Positions 27,001-39,000 of a stretch of 64,000 nt of DNA are shown here, one piece after another. Positions within the stretch are counted from its first letter, which is position 1. Each line of letters begins with the position of its first letter. Position numbers and translations under genes: made by a program. Origin of the DNA: Laetmonice hystrix (taxonomy: Eukaryota); assembly GCA_965235115.1 (NCBI GenBank), contig OZ249436.1:11408001-11472000 (forward strand), written 5' to 3'. The notes beneath the pieces were generated by a model, which saw nothing but the letters and a program-made list of their open reading frames with translations, ran no database searches and was not told the origin of the DNA.

Positions 27001-30000
27001 ATATGTTTACTTGTATCAAAGCCTGAACCACCTTTTCTCAAGCCACACTGTACACCATTGCCATGTTTTACATACCCCTGATCCAGAGCTCTGAAACAAT
27101 TCAACCATTATACATACTTAACATACGGTCAGTAGGCTGAAACAAACACTATCCTTGCCGTGTAACTTCAGTAAGTTTTGAAACTGCACCTCAAAGGTAG
27201 CTCATCTATTTAATGAGCATTGTGAGGTCTGAAGATATGACTAAAGACTTGCTACTAGATGTGACAGAGATGACCAGTTGGTTCCTACCTTTCGGTCCTC
27301 ATCGCGGCCGATGACGGTGTACACCAAACTCCGGTTACGAGCGTTCTCAGACACCTTCTGTTCCCGTGGTAGGTTGGAGAATTTGGGCGGACGGTCCCGT
27401 TTGAACACGACCACGACGCTTGTTTCCCGAGTCTTCGGTGGGTTGGCTTGGTCACTGGCCTCTACCTTAAACTGTGGCGCCAAATAAAACAAAAACCTTA
27501 ATCAAACGTGTCGGTATGAATCTGTGGTGTGGATAGCCTGGCGTATTGTTACTGTCAGCACTGGCGATTCAAAATGTGGAAATGGCGATGAAAATTTACA
27601 TCTAGAAATAAGAATTGTGTGCGCTGCTCACCCTGTATTCTGTCTTCTGCTGATTGGGCCAGACCTTCTTCAAGGTGAGGACGCCAGTGGATGGGTTCAG
27701 GTAGAACATATCGGTATCCAGTGGTTTGGGTATGATCCGGTACACAATGACATCCTGAGATACAACAAAAACACATCATGATAAACAGCACTGCCATACG
27801 GAATAACTCCTAAAACAAGGACATCCTGGGATACAACAAAAACACATCATGATAAACAGCACTGCCACACGGAATAACTCCTAAAACAATGACATCCTGA
27901 GATACAACAAAAACACATCATGATAAACAGCACTGCCATATGGAATAACTCCTAAAACAATAACATATTCTGAGATACAACAAAAACACATAAACAGCAC
28001 TGCCATACGGAATAACTCCTAAAACAAGGACATCCTGAGATACAACAAAAACACATCATGATAAACAGCACTGCCATACGGAATAACTCCTAAAACAAGG
28101 ACATCCTGAGATACAACAAAAACACAATAAACAGCACTGCCATACGGAATAACTCCTAAAACAAGGACATCCTGAGATACAACAAAAACACAATAAACAG
28201 CACTGCCATACGGAATAACTCCTAAAACAAGGACATCCTGAGATACAACAAAAACACATCATGATAAACAGCACTGCCATACGGAATAACTCCTAAAACA
28301 AGGACATCCTGAGATACAACAAAAACACAATAAACAGCACTGCCATACGGAATAACTCCTAAAACAAGGACATCCTGAGATACAACAAAAACACATCATG
28401 ATAAACAGCACTGCCATACGGAATAACTCCTAAAACAAGGACATCCTGAGATACAACAAAAACACAATAAACAGCACTGCCATACGGAATAACTCCTAAA
28501 ACAAGGACATCCTGAGATACAACAAAAACACAATAAACAGCACTGCCATACGGAATAACTCCTAAAACAAGGACATTGTATTTTCCTCCACTCACGTGTT
28601 TGTCTTGGTCAGTGGCTGACACTTGGAGTATACTTTCACCCAGCGGGAAGTACTCTAAGATCTCCTTGCGGTATTCACCACGACTAAACTGTGGCTGGCG
28701 TTCGTTCCTCGTGACGGTGATGTTCACATAGGTTGTGGCCGTGTGGAAGCGGACACCTTGGTACGTGGCCTGAACCATGAGCTACAAGACAAAAACAATC
28801 AAATTTAATATCGCCGTGGTTCCTTGTATCACCAACATACTCCACATTTACTAGATATAGTCGTCCTACTCTTGGTTCTGTGTAATGAGAGCCGTGTTTG
28901 GGTCAGTCTGTGTGTGGCTGTGATAATCTAACATTTACCAGGTATGAGTTCGCCTTGATTGGGTCGTCCCGGAGGTCCTTCTTGATCCGTATCTCTCCAC
29001 GGTTCTCCACCACGGTGAAGTAGTCAGGAGCATTGCTTGTTCCAACAACTGAATATTGGATGTTTTTCTGGAAATCACCAAAAACATAAATATCAGCAAA
29101 CGTAACGCAATATTTCAGGGAGTTTTGTTTTTCGTAAATTCCAGGAAGGACGCCGTGTATCAGAGTAAGACCAGTCGTACCCCTGGTGAAGCCCGCACGT
29201 TGCCGATACTGGTGTTTAGTCTTCGGTTCTCAGATACCCGGATGTTGTATTTCTGGGAGGAGAACTTGAGGTCGCCCTCGTCTCGCTGAACTTTGACCTC
29301 TACCACGGCCGTGGCTGTCCGCGGCGGCACGCCCGCGTCTGTGGCCTTCACCTTCACCTATACATAACGTCAATGTCACGTGTTTGATCACTCAACCAAC
29401 CACATTCTCTCTATCATTGCCCAAACTTTAGTTCAACTCCAACTGAGTGCTGTGCGTTTTATGCATGTCATACAACATCAATGTGGACAAAAGATCAGAG
29501 GATATCACAAGCACGGTGTGAAGTAACATACCCTGTAGTCCCTCTTTCCTGTATCCCGCACCGACTTGAGGAGGGTGATGTCTCCATCCGTTGGGTGGAT
29601 GTAGAAGAACTGTGCGGAGTCTCCTTCACCACTGATGGAGTAACTTAGGACATTGTTTGGTGCCTGTAAATATGTAAACATCCCTTGGTATAAATCCTGA
29701 ATCAATGTCCGATACGTGAATCAGTCTATGAATTTATAATAGAGCTAGAACTATTCGCCCTTAGGTGGAGGAGGCTGTGAGTGTGAGTGAGAATGATGTC
29801 TACTCACGGCAGTGTCGGCATCCGTGGCTGTGATTGAGGTAACAATGGACCCAGACGGTAAAATCTCCGGTATCTGGGCACGGACTGTAGTCTGGTTAAA
29901 CTTGGGAGAGTTGAGGTTACGATCCACCTGTACCTGGATGGTGGCGGTGGCCGTCTTGGGTGGCGTGCCACCGTCCTCGGCCAACACTCGGAGCTGTAAC

Positions 30001-33000
30001 ACCATAGAGACTCAATCAACGTTCTATCATATTACTTACATGTACATTAATAAGGGCACAGTCTATCAATACTTGGGCTGCATTTTCTCATACAGAGCAT
30101 CATCACCAAATAACCTGAGTATGTTCGCTGACTTACGATGTAAGTTGTTTCGGTGTCCTTGGGAAGGTTGACTCCCTCACGAAGTTTGATGGCTCCACTC
30201 TGCTCCAGACTGAAGAAACTCGGGGCGGAATCATCGCCGATCAACGTGTACTTAACTTTGTTAAATGGTTCCTGAGAAAAACGGGAATATTTGTAGTGAT
30301 ATCGTCACAGCATAAACAGTCATACATAATTAAAGGACACAACACAATAAAATCCACACTACAGGAAGGTACATAGCTTTTTCCCCTCGACAGAAATGGC
30401 TAAGATCATCATGACGACCGTTATATTTCTGCCTGAAGTAATGAAAGGTAAAGGTAACTGAATACATACCTTCCTGTCGCTATCACGTGTCCTGATTGAG
30501 AGCAGAGTCGATCCGACTGCCTGAGTTTGTGGGATCCGTTTTTTGTATGGTTGACCCTCAAACCGAGGAGCGTTCTTGTTACGGTCCACCGTGATGGCAA
30601 TACTGGCCTGGTTACTGCTGTTCCTCCTGTGGATGCCCGCCAGGTCCTGAGCTAAAGCACGGAACTGAAAACAACCACATAGTTGGCTTACTTACACTTC
30701 TTCCATTCCCATTTAACTACATTCTAACACAACTGTCACAAATATTTTCACATAGAAGAAAATTTTAGAAGAAAAGTCGTGTCCGACACGGTCCCTGATG
30801 ACTTACGCTGTATGACGTCCTGCCGTTAAGGTCCTCCATGACCGACTTTTTGAGTGAGATCTCTCCAGTTTCTGGGTCAATCATGAAGTACTGGATGATT
30901 CCGGACTCGCCCAGGAGAAGGTATCGAAGATCATTGTAAGGACTCTGATTTATCAAAACACAAGGGTATCAACGAGGTGGGTCTAGTATCTAAGTATCAA
31001 TATATCTGTTTCTATTTCATTTGGTGTCTGATAATTAGCATGTGAATACGATTTCGAAAATCCCAATGGGCATCCCTATTGTTGCCAGTTCACCAGGCAT
31101 TCTGTAAGGTACTAACCCGTGTGTCTCTGTCGGTGGCTCGTACCCTGACAAACGGTACCCCTAGGACCTGAGTCTCCAGGATGGCCTGTCGGTAACTGCT
31201 CGTCTCAAACCTTGGCGCGAACTGATTACGATTGACGTGAACGTGTACAATAGACATGGCCGTCTGACTCGGCGTCCCGCCATCCTTGGCAACCACGCGG
31301 ATCTATACCAACATACATATACATAGTGTAAGATCCTTGGCAACCACGCGGATCTATACCAACATACATATACATAGGGTAAGATCCTTGGCAACCACAC
31401 GGATCTATACCAACATACATATACATAGGGTAAGATCCTTGGCAACCACGCGGATCTATACCAACATACATATACACATAGGGTAAGATCAACGCGATCT
31501 TAGCGTGAGCTTCGAAATAACACAAATCATGGCTCGTTTATTACACCGGGCTGGTTCAGGTTGACCAGCCGATCAGAAGCTTTACGCTTAGAATTAAACA
31601 AGATGTCAAGTTTGGATAAACCCTGCCCCGGTCTGAATCGGATCCCATTGACAGCCTCACCTGGTAGTCGGTCTCTGTGTCTGTCTTGATGTCACGTTTA
31701 ATCTTAATCTCTCCTTTGTTTTGTTCAATGGAGAAATAAGTCGGGGCGGCATCGTCACCCACGATTTCGTACGTGATGTTCTTGTATTCAGGCTGAAAGG
31801 TTCAAGACACCAACGGTAACAGTTAAACACAAGGATACAAAATTACCAACTCAACATCACTGACTGTTATCAAAGACTTTGTTCCTCAGTGGGAGAGGGA
31901 CGAGGGAGAAGGGTAAATATATTTATTATAATGTGAATTCTATCTTCCACTACCACTCACGGGGGTGACACGCCATTACGTGTTTGTACATAATGTGTGC
32001 TCATACACACAAGAAATGTTGTTAAGGATCCCATTTATTTATGACCACTCAGCAGGTTTAAATCTGAACTCACGTCACTATCCCGATCGTCTGAACGAAC
32101 CGTGAAGACCACCGTGCCTGATTTCTGTGTTTCCGTGATGTTCTTACGGTAAGGCATACCGAGGAACCGTGGCGTCTGTAGGTTACGTACGACATTCACC
32201 ACCACACGAGCCGACGGGCCAACCTTAGGTTCGGGAAGTCCCTCGTCCATCGCTATCACCGTGATCTGGGAGAAAATGAACATATTCTTAGTCTCCTTGA
32301 GTGGAAACCAGCATCCACATATTGTACCATCACTTCAAACAGGAACTGAGTAAAAAAAACATTGTCTTTCTGTCGTTTCTGTGAGACTTACCGTGTACTG
32401 TTTGGTGTTGAGGTCGTTTCTGTGAGACTTACTGTGTACTGTTTGGTGTTGAGGTCGTTTCTGTGAGACTTACTGTGTACTGTTTGGTGTTGAGGTCGTT
32501 TCTGTGAGACTTACCGTGTACTGTTTGGTGTTGAGGTCGTTTCTGTGAGACTTACTGTGTACTGTTTGGTGTTGAGGTCGTTTCTGTGAGACTTACCGTG
32601 TACTGTTTGGTGTTGAGGTCGTTTCTGTGAGACTTACTGTGTACTGTTTGGTGTTGAGGTCGTTTCTGTGAGACTTACTGTGTACTGTTTGGTGTTGAGG
32701 TCGTTTCTGTGAGACTTACTGTGTACTGTTTGGTGTTGAGGTCGTTTCTGTGAGACTTACTGTGTACTGTTTGGTGTTGAGGTTGTTTCTGTGAGACTTA
32801 CTGTGTACTGTTTGGTGTTGAGGTTGTTTCTGTGAGACTTACCGTGTACTGTTTGGTGTTTTCTCCCACCAGGGTGCGCCTCAGGTAGAGTTCACCAGTT
32901 TTCTCGTCTATCAGGAATCGATCTCGATACTGGGAATTGGCTTCGATCTCATAGTGTACCTTGTTGTGGGGTGTCTGAAAAAGCACGATGTAGGAAGTGA

Positions 33001-36000
33001 GTACTGTATATATGCATGAATAATACTTAGAAAATGCTTCTTTCTTACCTTTTCATTTGGGTTGCATCACAACAAATGAAAAAGAATGCGTGATCCCCCA
33101 AGCGATGAAAATGTCAAAATGTATAAACCGTGCTATACGACAGAGAAAATCATGCTGGTATGTTTGGATGGTAAGCTGTTGGTGCCTCAATCATAGCCGT
33201 ACTCTTACATTGGTGATCACATCACAGGAAAACTGTCACATATGAAAGAAAATATGTACAAAAAGAGGTTGAAAATGTAGCGGGCCAGTTCCCATGACTG
33301 TACCGACGAATAAAAAGAAGCAGACACTAAAGGCACAGTCATTGAAGGGAGATTTCAAGTAAATGATATAAATATGATTTCCTTCTTAGATTTGATGAAA
33401 TGTTTCCGACCTAATAGAGGTCTCAATGCCTTGTTGTTTAGGGCGATGAATGAAATGAAATCAGCTTGAAAGTCCCCTTAATGTTCTCATGCCTTGACTC
33501 AGCAAATAAAGGATTAATATTTTCAACTATTTCAAAAGCCCCGGAATCGGAAAAATCGGGGAGTTCACTAACAAGACTTAGTGCTTTCCCCCTCACCAGA
33601 GACACTTAGGAACTTTGACTTTCAGTGTCTTATAAAATTAAACTGAACTACGATTAACTGGTGATTAAAGCTTAAAGCACAATTCAACCTGACATCAAAG
33701 TGTATCTACTCTACATCCGATAGTGCCCATTAGAATACTTAAGCATGGTATTTGTTATATCCATCCATTTCTTTGGTTTCTGACGATTAACTGAATAAAT
33801 GTTATCAATTTCATTTACAAACGCCTACTCTCCTTCTGCAAACGTCTGCAACAGATACATCAAATAAAGAGATCTTCTCCATTTCCTACCGTTACATATT
33901 GTCCAAATACTTTTAGAAGAATGTTTTCATGGTCATGACTTTCTTACTGCTAAATAATTTTCAAGAAGTTACTCTTAATTTCATGTATCTGTGGTTCTGA
34001 TGAAGCTGATTGCTGACCACTCTGATGTCGATACGAACAACCTGTTCTGTGTCTAGGATTTATTGCCGTCAACCAGTTGTCTCACACCGCAGACAGCGTT
34101 AACCCCACCCCCTCACAACACCCCCCTCAACAAGACCTGCCAAGGCGTCCATCTCAGAACCGCTCCCGGGCATCAAGTTCTGTCACCTAATACCTCACTA
34201 CAACAAAAGGCACAACTAAGGTGGTTCGACTGCCTGTCGACAAAAGCTGAAGCCTAGCAATAAAACCTAATTACCGTCTTAGTTGTGTTGCCTTTCCCCT
34301 GAAATACCAAGTTCACAGTTCGTTGTAGCTATGGCGACATGGCTACAGCTTCAACGACCTTTGGAGGAAGAAGCACCGCACACGTAATGGCTTTGGTGAT
34401 CGAGGTCTTAAATGGGCTGGCATATATACACAGATTTATGTCTGAAATCACGAATCTGATCCAAAGGGATCCTACATTTTCTCATAAGAGGATAGAAAAC
34501 AAAAACACAGCACATATATATGTGAATATCTGAATAACCACATAAATTTTTATCAAACAATAGATTTGTTAAAAGAAAACGGACACGCCAACCGTGCTGA
34601 GGTAGGCGGTGACTTTAAAACTCTCAGATAATTTTTTTTATTGGCTGGTTTTTGTTCAGTGTTTAACTTTTGCTTCTTCCTCCGAATATACAACAATCTG
34701 CTGCTATGATCTACCAGTAATGCTCGCCTGTAAAATGTTAATAATTGATCCCATTGCCTACATTGCGGGTGATGAGGCATGGGTCAATCAGGTACAGCTC
34801 AAGGGTTAAATTTGGGATGGTGTTAGTTCCTACACGATCAAACAAAACACAGCAGTAACCTAGGTTTATAGACATTTGACTCCATACTGACCCATACCAT
34901 GCAATCTGACCACATTGTTTCAGAAGAAACTCTCGAGGTTGTGTACAGTTGTTAGTTTCAGTAGAAAACATGAATGGGACCTCCCAAGTATTAAAATACT
35001 GAATTAAAATAATGACGCTTATCACTTAGCCAGGAAATGGCTTCATGCATGGTCAGGTATGATCAACCCAGAAATCCAGGAGAGAGAATCCAGCATTATT
35101 TGTCTCACCTGAGAATCGCGGTCAGTTGCAGTGACCTTGACGATTGGTGAGGTCAAGGCGTGGGTTTCCTTGATGGTCACAGTCCACTCTCCCTTAGTAA
35201 AGCGAGGCGCGTACACGTTACGCTGGACGTTAATCGTAGCGACCGAAGTCTTGGAGCATGGTGGGATACCTCCGTCAGAAACCATCACTCTCAGCTGTCA
35301 AACAAAACAACATTCAAATATATCTGATTAAACTATGCCTTTATACACATCATTATTAACTAATTATCTGAATAATGAAACTGAGTGAGATATTGGCCTA
35401 TGTTTGTACTAACTGACCTTGTACTGGATCTCGGTGTCAGCTGTGAGGTCCGTCTTGACGTAGATACGGCCCGTGTTCTCATCGATACGGAAGTACGTTG
35501 GACCTTTGTCGTCACCGAGCAGAGTGAAGTTCAGTTTACGGAATGGTGTGTTCTGAGGGTCGAAGTCTACTGCCGTGATTCTCATCACCTCCGACCTCAC
35601 TGACTTGGTCTGCACGATGGTCTTAGTGAACGGTTCCTGCTGGAACTGTGGGCAGTTCTTGTTTCGCTGGACACGGACGGTCACTGTGGCACTGTCCTGG
35701 CTGGTCAACTGGGGCGTGCCCAGATCACGGGCCTTCACAACGATCTGGTTAGGACAACGATAAACGTTGGTATGAATGCCTCATCATGTAATTAAGATAA
35801 AACTATGACTTCTAATTATACATTATAAAATGTTCACTGTAATTTCTTCTGGTTTATGTTAAATGTGATTTGGTACTTACAGTGTAAGTGGACACAGACT
35901 GTTTGTCCTCGGACAGTGGCTTCTTGATGTAAATCTCTCCAGTCATCTCGTTGATGAGGAAGAACTGTTTGGAGTTAGCCGAGCCAGAGATTTCATAGCG

Positions 36001-39000
36001 GATCACGTTATGAGGAGCCTTGGTGTCCTGGTCCGTGGCGTTCACGTCAGCGATGGCGATACCGAGGGGAAATGTTTCCAGGATATCCCGGTCGATACGT
36101 TGGGGTTGGAACTTGGGCGCGAACAGGTTCCTCTTAACATTCACCCGAACGGTGGAGGTGGCCGTCTTCATCGGGTCTCCGCCGTCAGCCGCCAACACCC
36201 GCAACTGGTGGCCAACACAATACATAACATAACATATCAAGACATAATGACTTATAATCTACACTCCTCCTGCGACATTAAGACAATAGTGTGGTATAAT
36301 AGTTTGGCGGTACCTACCGTATACATGGTGTCTGAGTCCGACATGAGTGAACTCTTCAGTGTGATGTCACCACTAGTGGGACTTTTTATCTGGAAGAACG
36401 TCGGGGCCTTGTTGTCTCCAATGATACGATAAGTCACCTTGTTAAACGGAGCCTGAAAGGGAACAACAACAGTCACTTTAAACAACCGTAACGCTTTACT
36501 GTAAACTTCATTCAACATCAGCAAACACATGGATGTTAACAGCAGTATATCAGTGGGCCCAGACCCGCTGGAACCCACCTCCTTGTCCTGATCAGTCGCA
36601 GACACCGAGTAGACGGCCTTGCCAGCGGCTAGATTCTCATTGATACCGGTGGTGTACGGCAGGCGCTGGAAGACAGGTGGCTGACGGTTACGGCCGATGG
36701 TGATCGTAACGTCAGCCTCTGAACTCTTGCGGGGTGGGTCACCGCCATCATAGGCCCTGATCTTGATGCTGTAGGTCTGAGCCTGGCAGGGCTGGAGGAG
36801 GAGGGACTGTTTCAGAACCAGAACTCCCGTTACGGTGTTAATGGCGAAACATTCCTTGGCGGCGTTGTTACCAGTGATCTCATAGTACACGTCATTGTAG
36901 GGTTTCTGAAAATAGCAGAAAATGGTAATGAATAAACAAGGTCATATCTTGTTTCTGACTGGGTGATCAAACTTAAATCAGCACTGTGATTATCTTGTTA
37001 CTGAATCTGCTTGACCTGTAATAGATGTTGTAGAGTGTGACATGGATGCTTACCTTCCTGTCGCTGTCCTTGGCCGACACCTGTAGAATGGACGTGCCCA
37101 GGGTAGCACTCTCATTGATAGCCTTGGCGTACCTCGACACACCCCACTGAGGATCAGCGAAGTTACGCTCCACGTCTACGTCCACTGTTGTGATGTTGTA
37201 CCGGAAGGGGGTGCCACCGTCGCGCACACGTACACGGATCTATCAAAGGTTAACAAACGTTGGTCAAGTTCAACTACACAAACACCGTTCTCCGTCAGCG
37301 CCTTAAAAAACTTTCTCCCATCATTCTGACGTAATAACTGAGTGTTCTTACCGTGAGCTTTTCAAGCTCTGTCTCTCGGAGGCTACGTTTGACACTGATA
37401 TCTCCAGCCTCATTGATACTAACGTGATAACTGAGTGTTCTTACCGTCAGCTTTTCAAGCTCTGTCTCTCGGAGGCTACGTTTGACACTGATATCTCCAG
37501 CCTCATTGATACTAACGTGATAACTGAGTGTTCTTACCGTCAGCTTTTCAAGCTCTGTCTCCCGGAGGCTACGTTTGACACTGATATCTCCAGCCTCATT
37601 GATACTAAAGTAGGTTGGAGCGGTGTCGTCACCGATGATGTCATAAGTTAGGTCACTGAATGCTCCCTGTACAAAACAAACCGACAGTGTCATTTAGTTA
37701 AAGAAAGTAATTGCCTAATACTTATAAATCCATCACATGAAGCTGGAATCTTCAACCTGTTTAAGATTGACCCGTTACCTTTATTTGATAAGAAACTGAC
37801 AGCTTAGAAATAGACGAGTTCCTTAAAGTCACGACTTTATTACATTAACTTTAGATTATCAGTGATCAAACACGCCTAGTGACTGATCTGTGAGTGGATA
37901 AAGAGTTAGATGACCTTGGTATCCCTGTCCCGGGCTCGGACTGAGAAAATCTTCTGGTTAACGCCCTGTGTCTCTGGGATGGCGACAGCGTACGGCCTGG
38001 TTCCTTCAAACTGTGGCATGTTGGTATTCCGTGTGACGGTCACTGTCACCCTGGCCAGGCGTGACGATACCTTGGGTGGGTTACCGCCGTCAGTCGCCTT
38101 AATGTCCAACTGAAACCGGCGCCACATCATAATCACGGCACTAATTACATAAACCGGCGCCACATCATAATCAACGCACTAATCACATAATCCGGCGCCA
38201 CATCATAATCAAGGAACTAATCATATAATCCGGGAACATTCTCTATCTCACAGCCGCCATGGGTAACAGAGAAAACAAGTTCCTAATCACTTAGCTTTGC
38301 TTCAATAAAAGCTTCAATAAAAACCAATGTCTGGGTCACGCTCATGTATTTCGGACATCACTATTCTCTAATGCAGGTTTACCAGGAGTTCCTGTTATCA
38401 CACCAGAGAATGTACTCAAACTGACCGTGTATCTTGTCCTCTTGCCTGGGTCGAGTTGTAGACTCTTCATGACGGCTACCTCTCCCGTGTCGGCATTCAC
38501 CATGAAGTACTGCACAGCCTGAGGCCCGCCAGTCAGTTCAAACTTGAACGTGTTGTAGGGGGCCTGGAAACCACCATGAACATGTACGAATAACTATAGG
38601 TTCTAGTTTTAGCACTGATGGTGGTGTTCCATGCAAACGGAGAGACCAGCAGAGACCTCTATGAGCGGAATTGGGAATGAGGTCTGGGCCATCGGACCCT
38701 CCAAACACAGCGGCTCTCAATCACTCCTATTTCGCGTCCTTATAAATAATTCCTTTTTAATATTTTAGAGAAATGTAAGATTTATTTAGATATCCACTGC
38801 TGACGTACCTTTTGATCCTTGTCGGCGGCCTTGACCTGTGTGAACGGTACTCCGATGGCCTGAGTCTCCATGATGGTGGCTGAGTAGGCCTGAGGTGAGA
38901 ACACGGGAGCCTCCAGGTTACGCTGTACGCTTACCGTCACAACCGTTGTGTCTGACTTGGGCGGTGTCCCCCCGTCTCTGGCCAGAACTCTCACCTGGAC

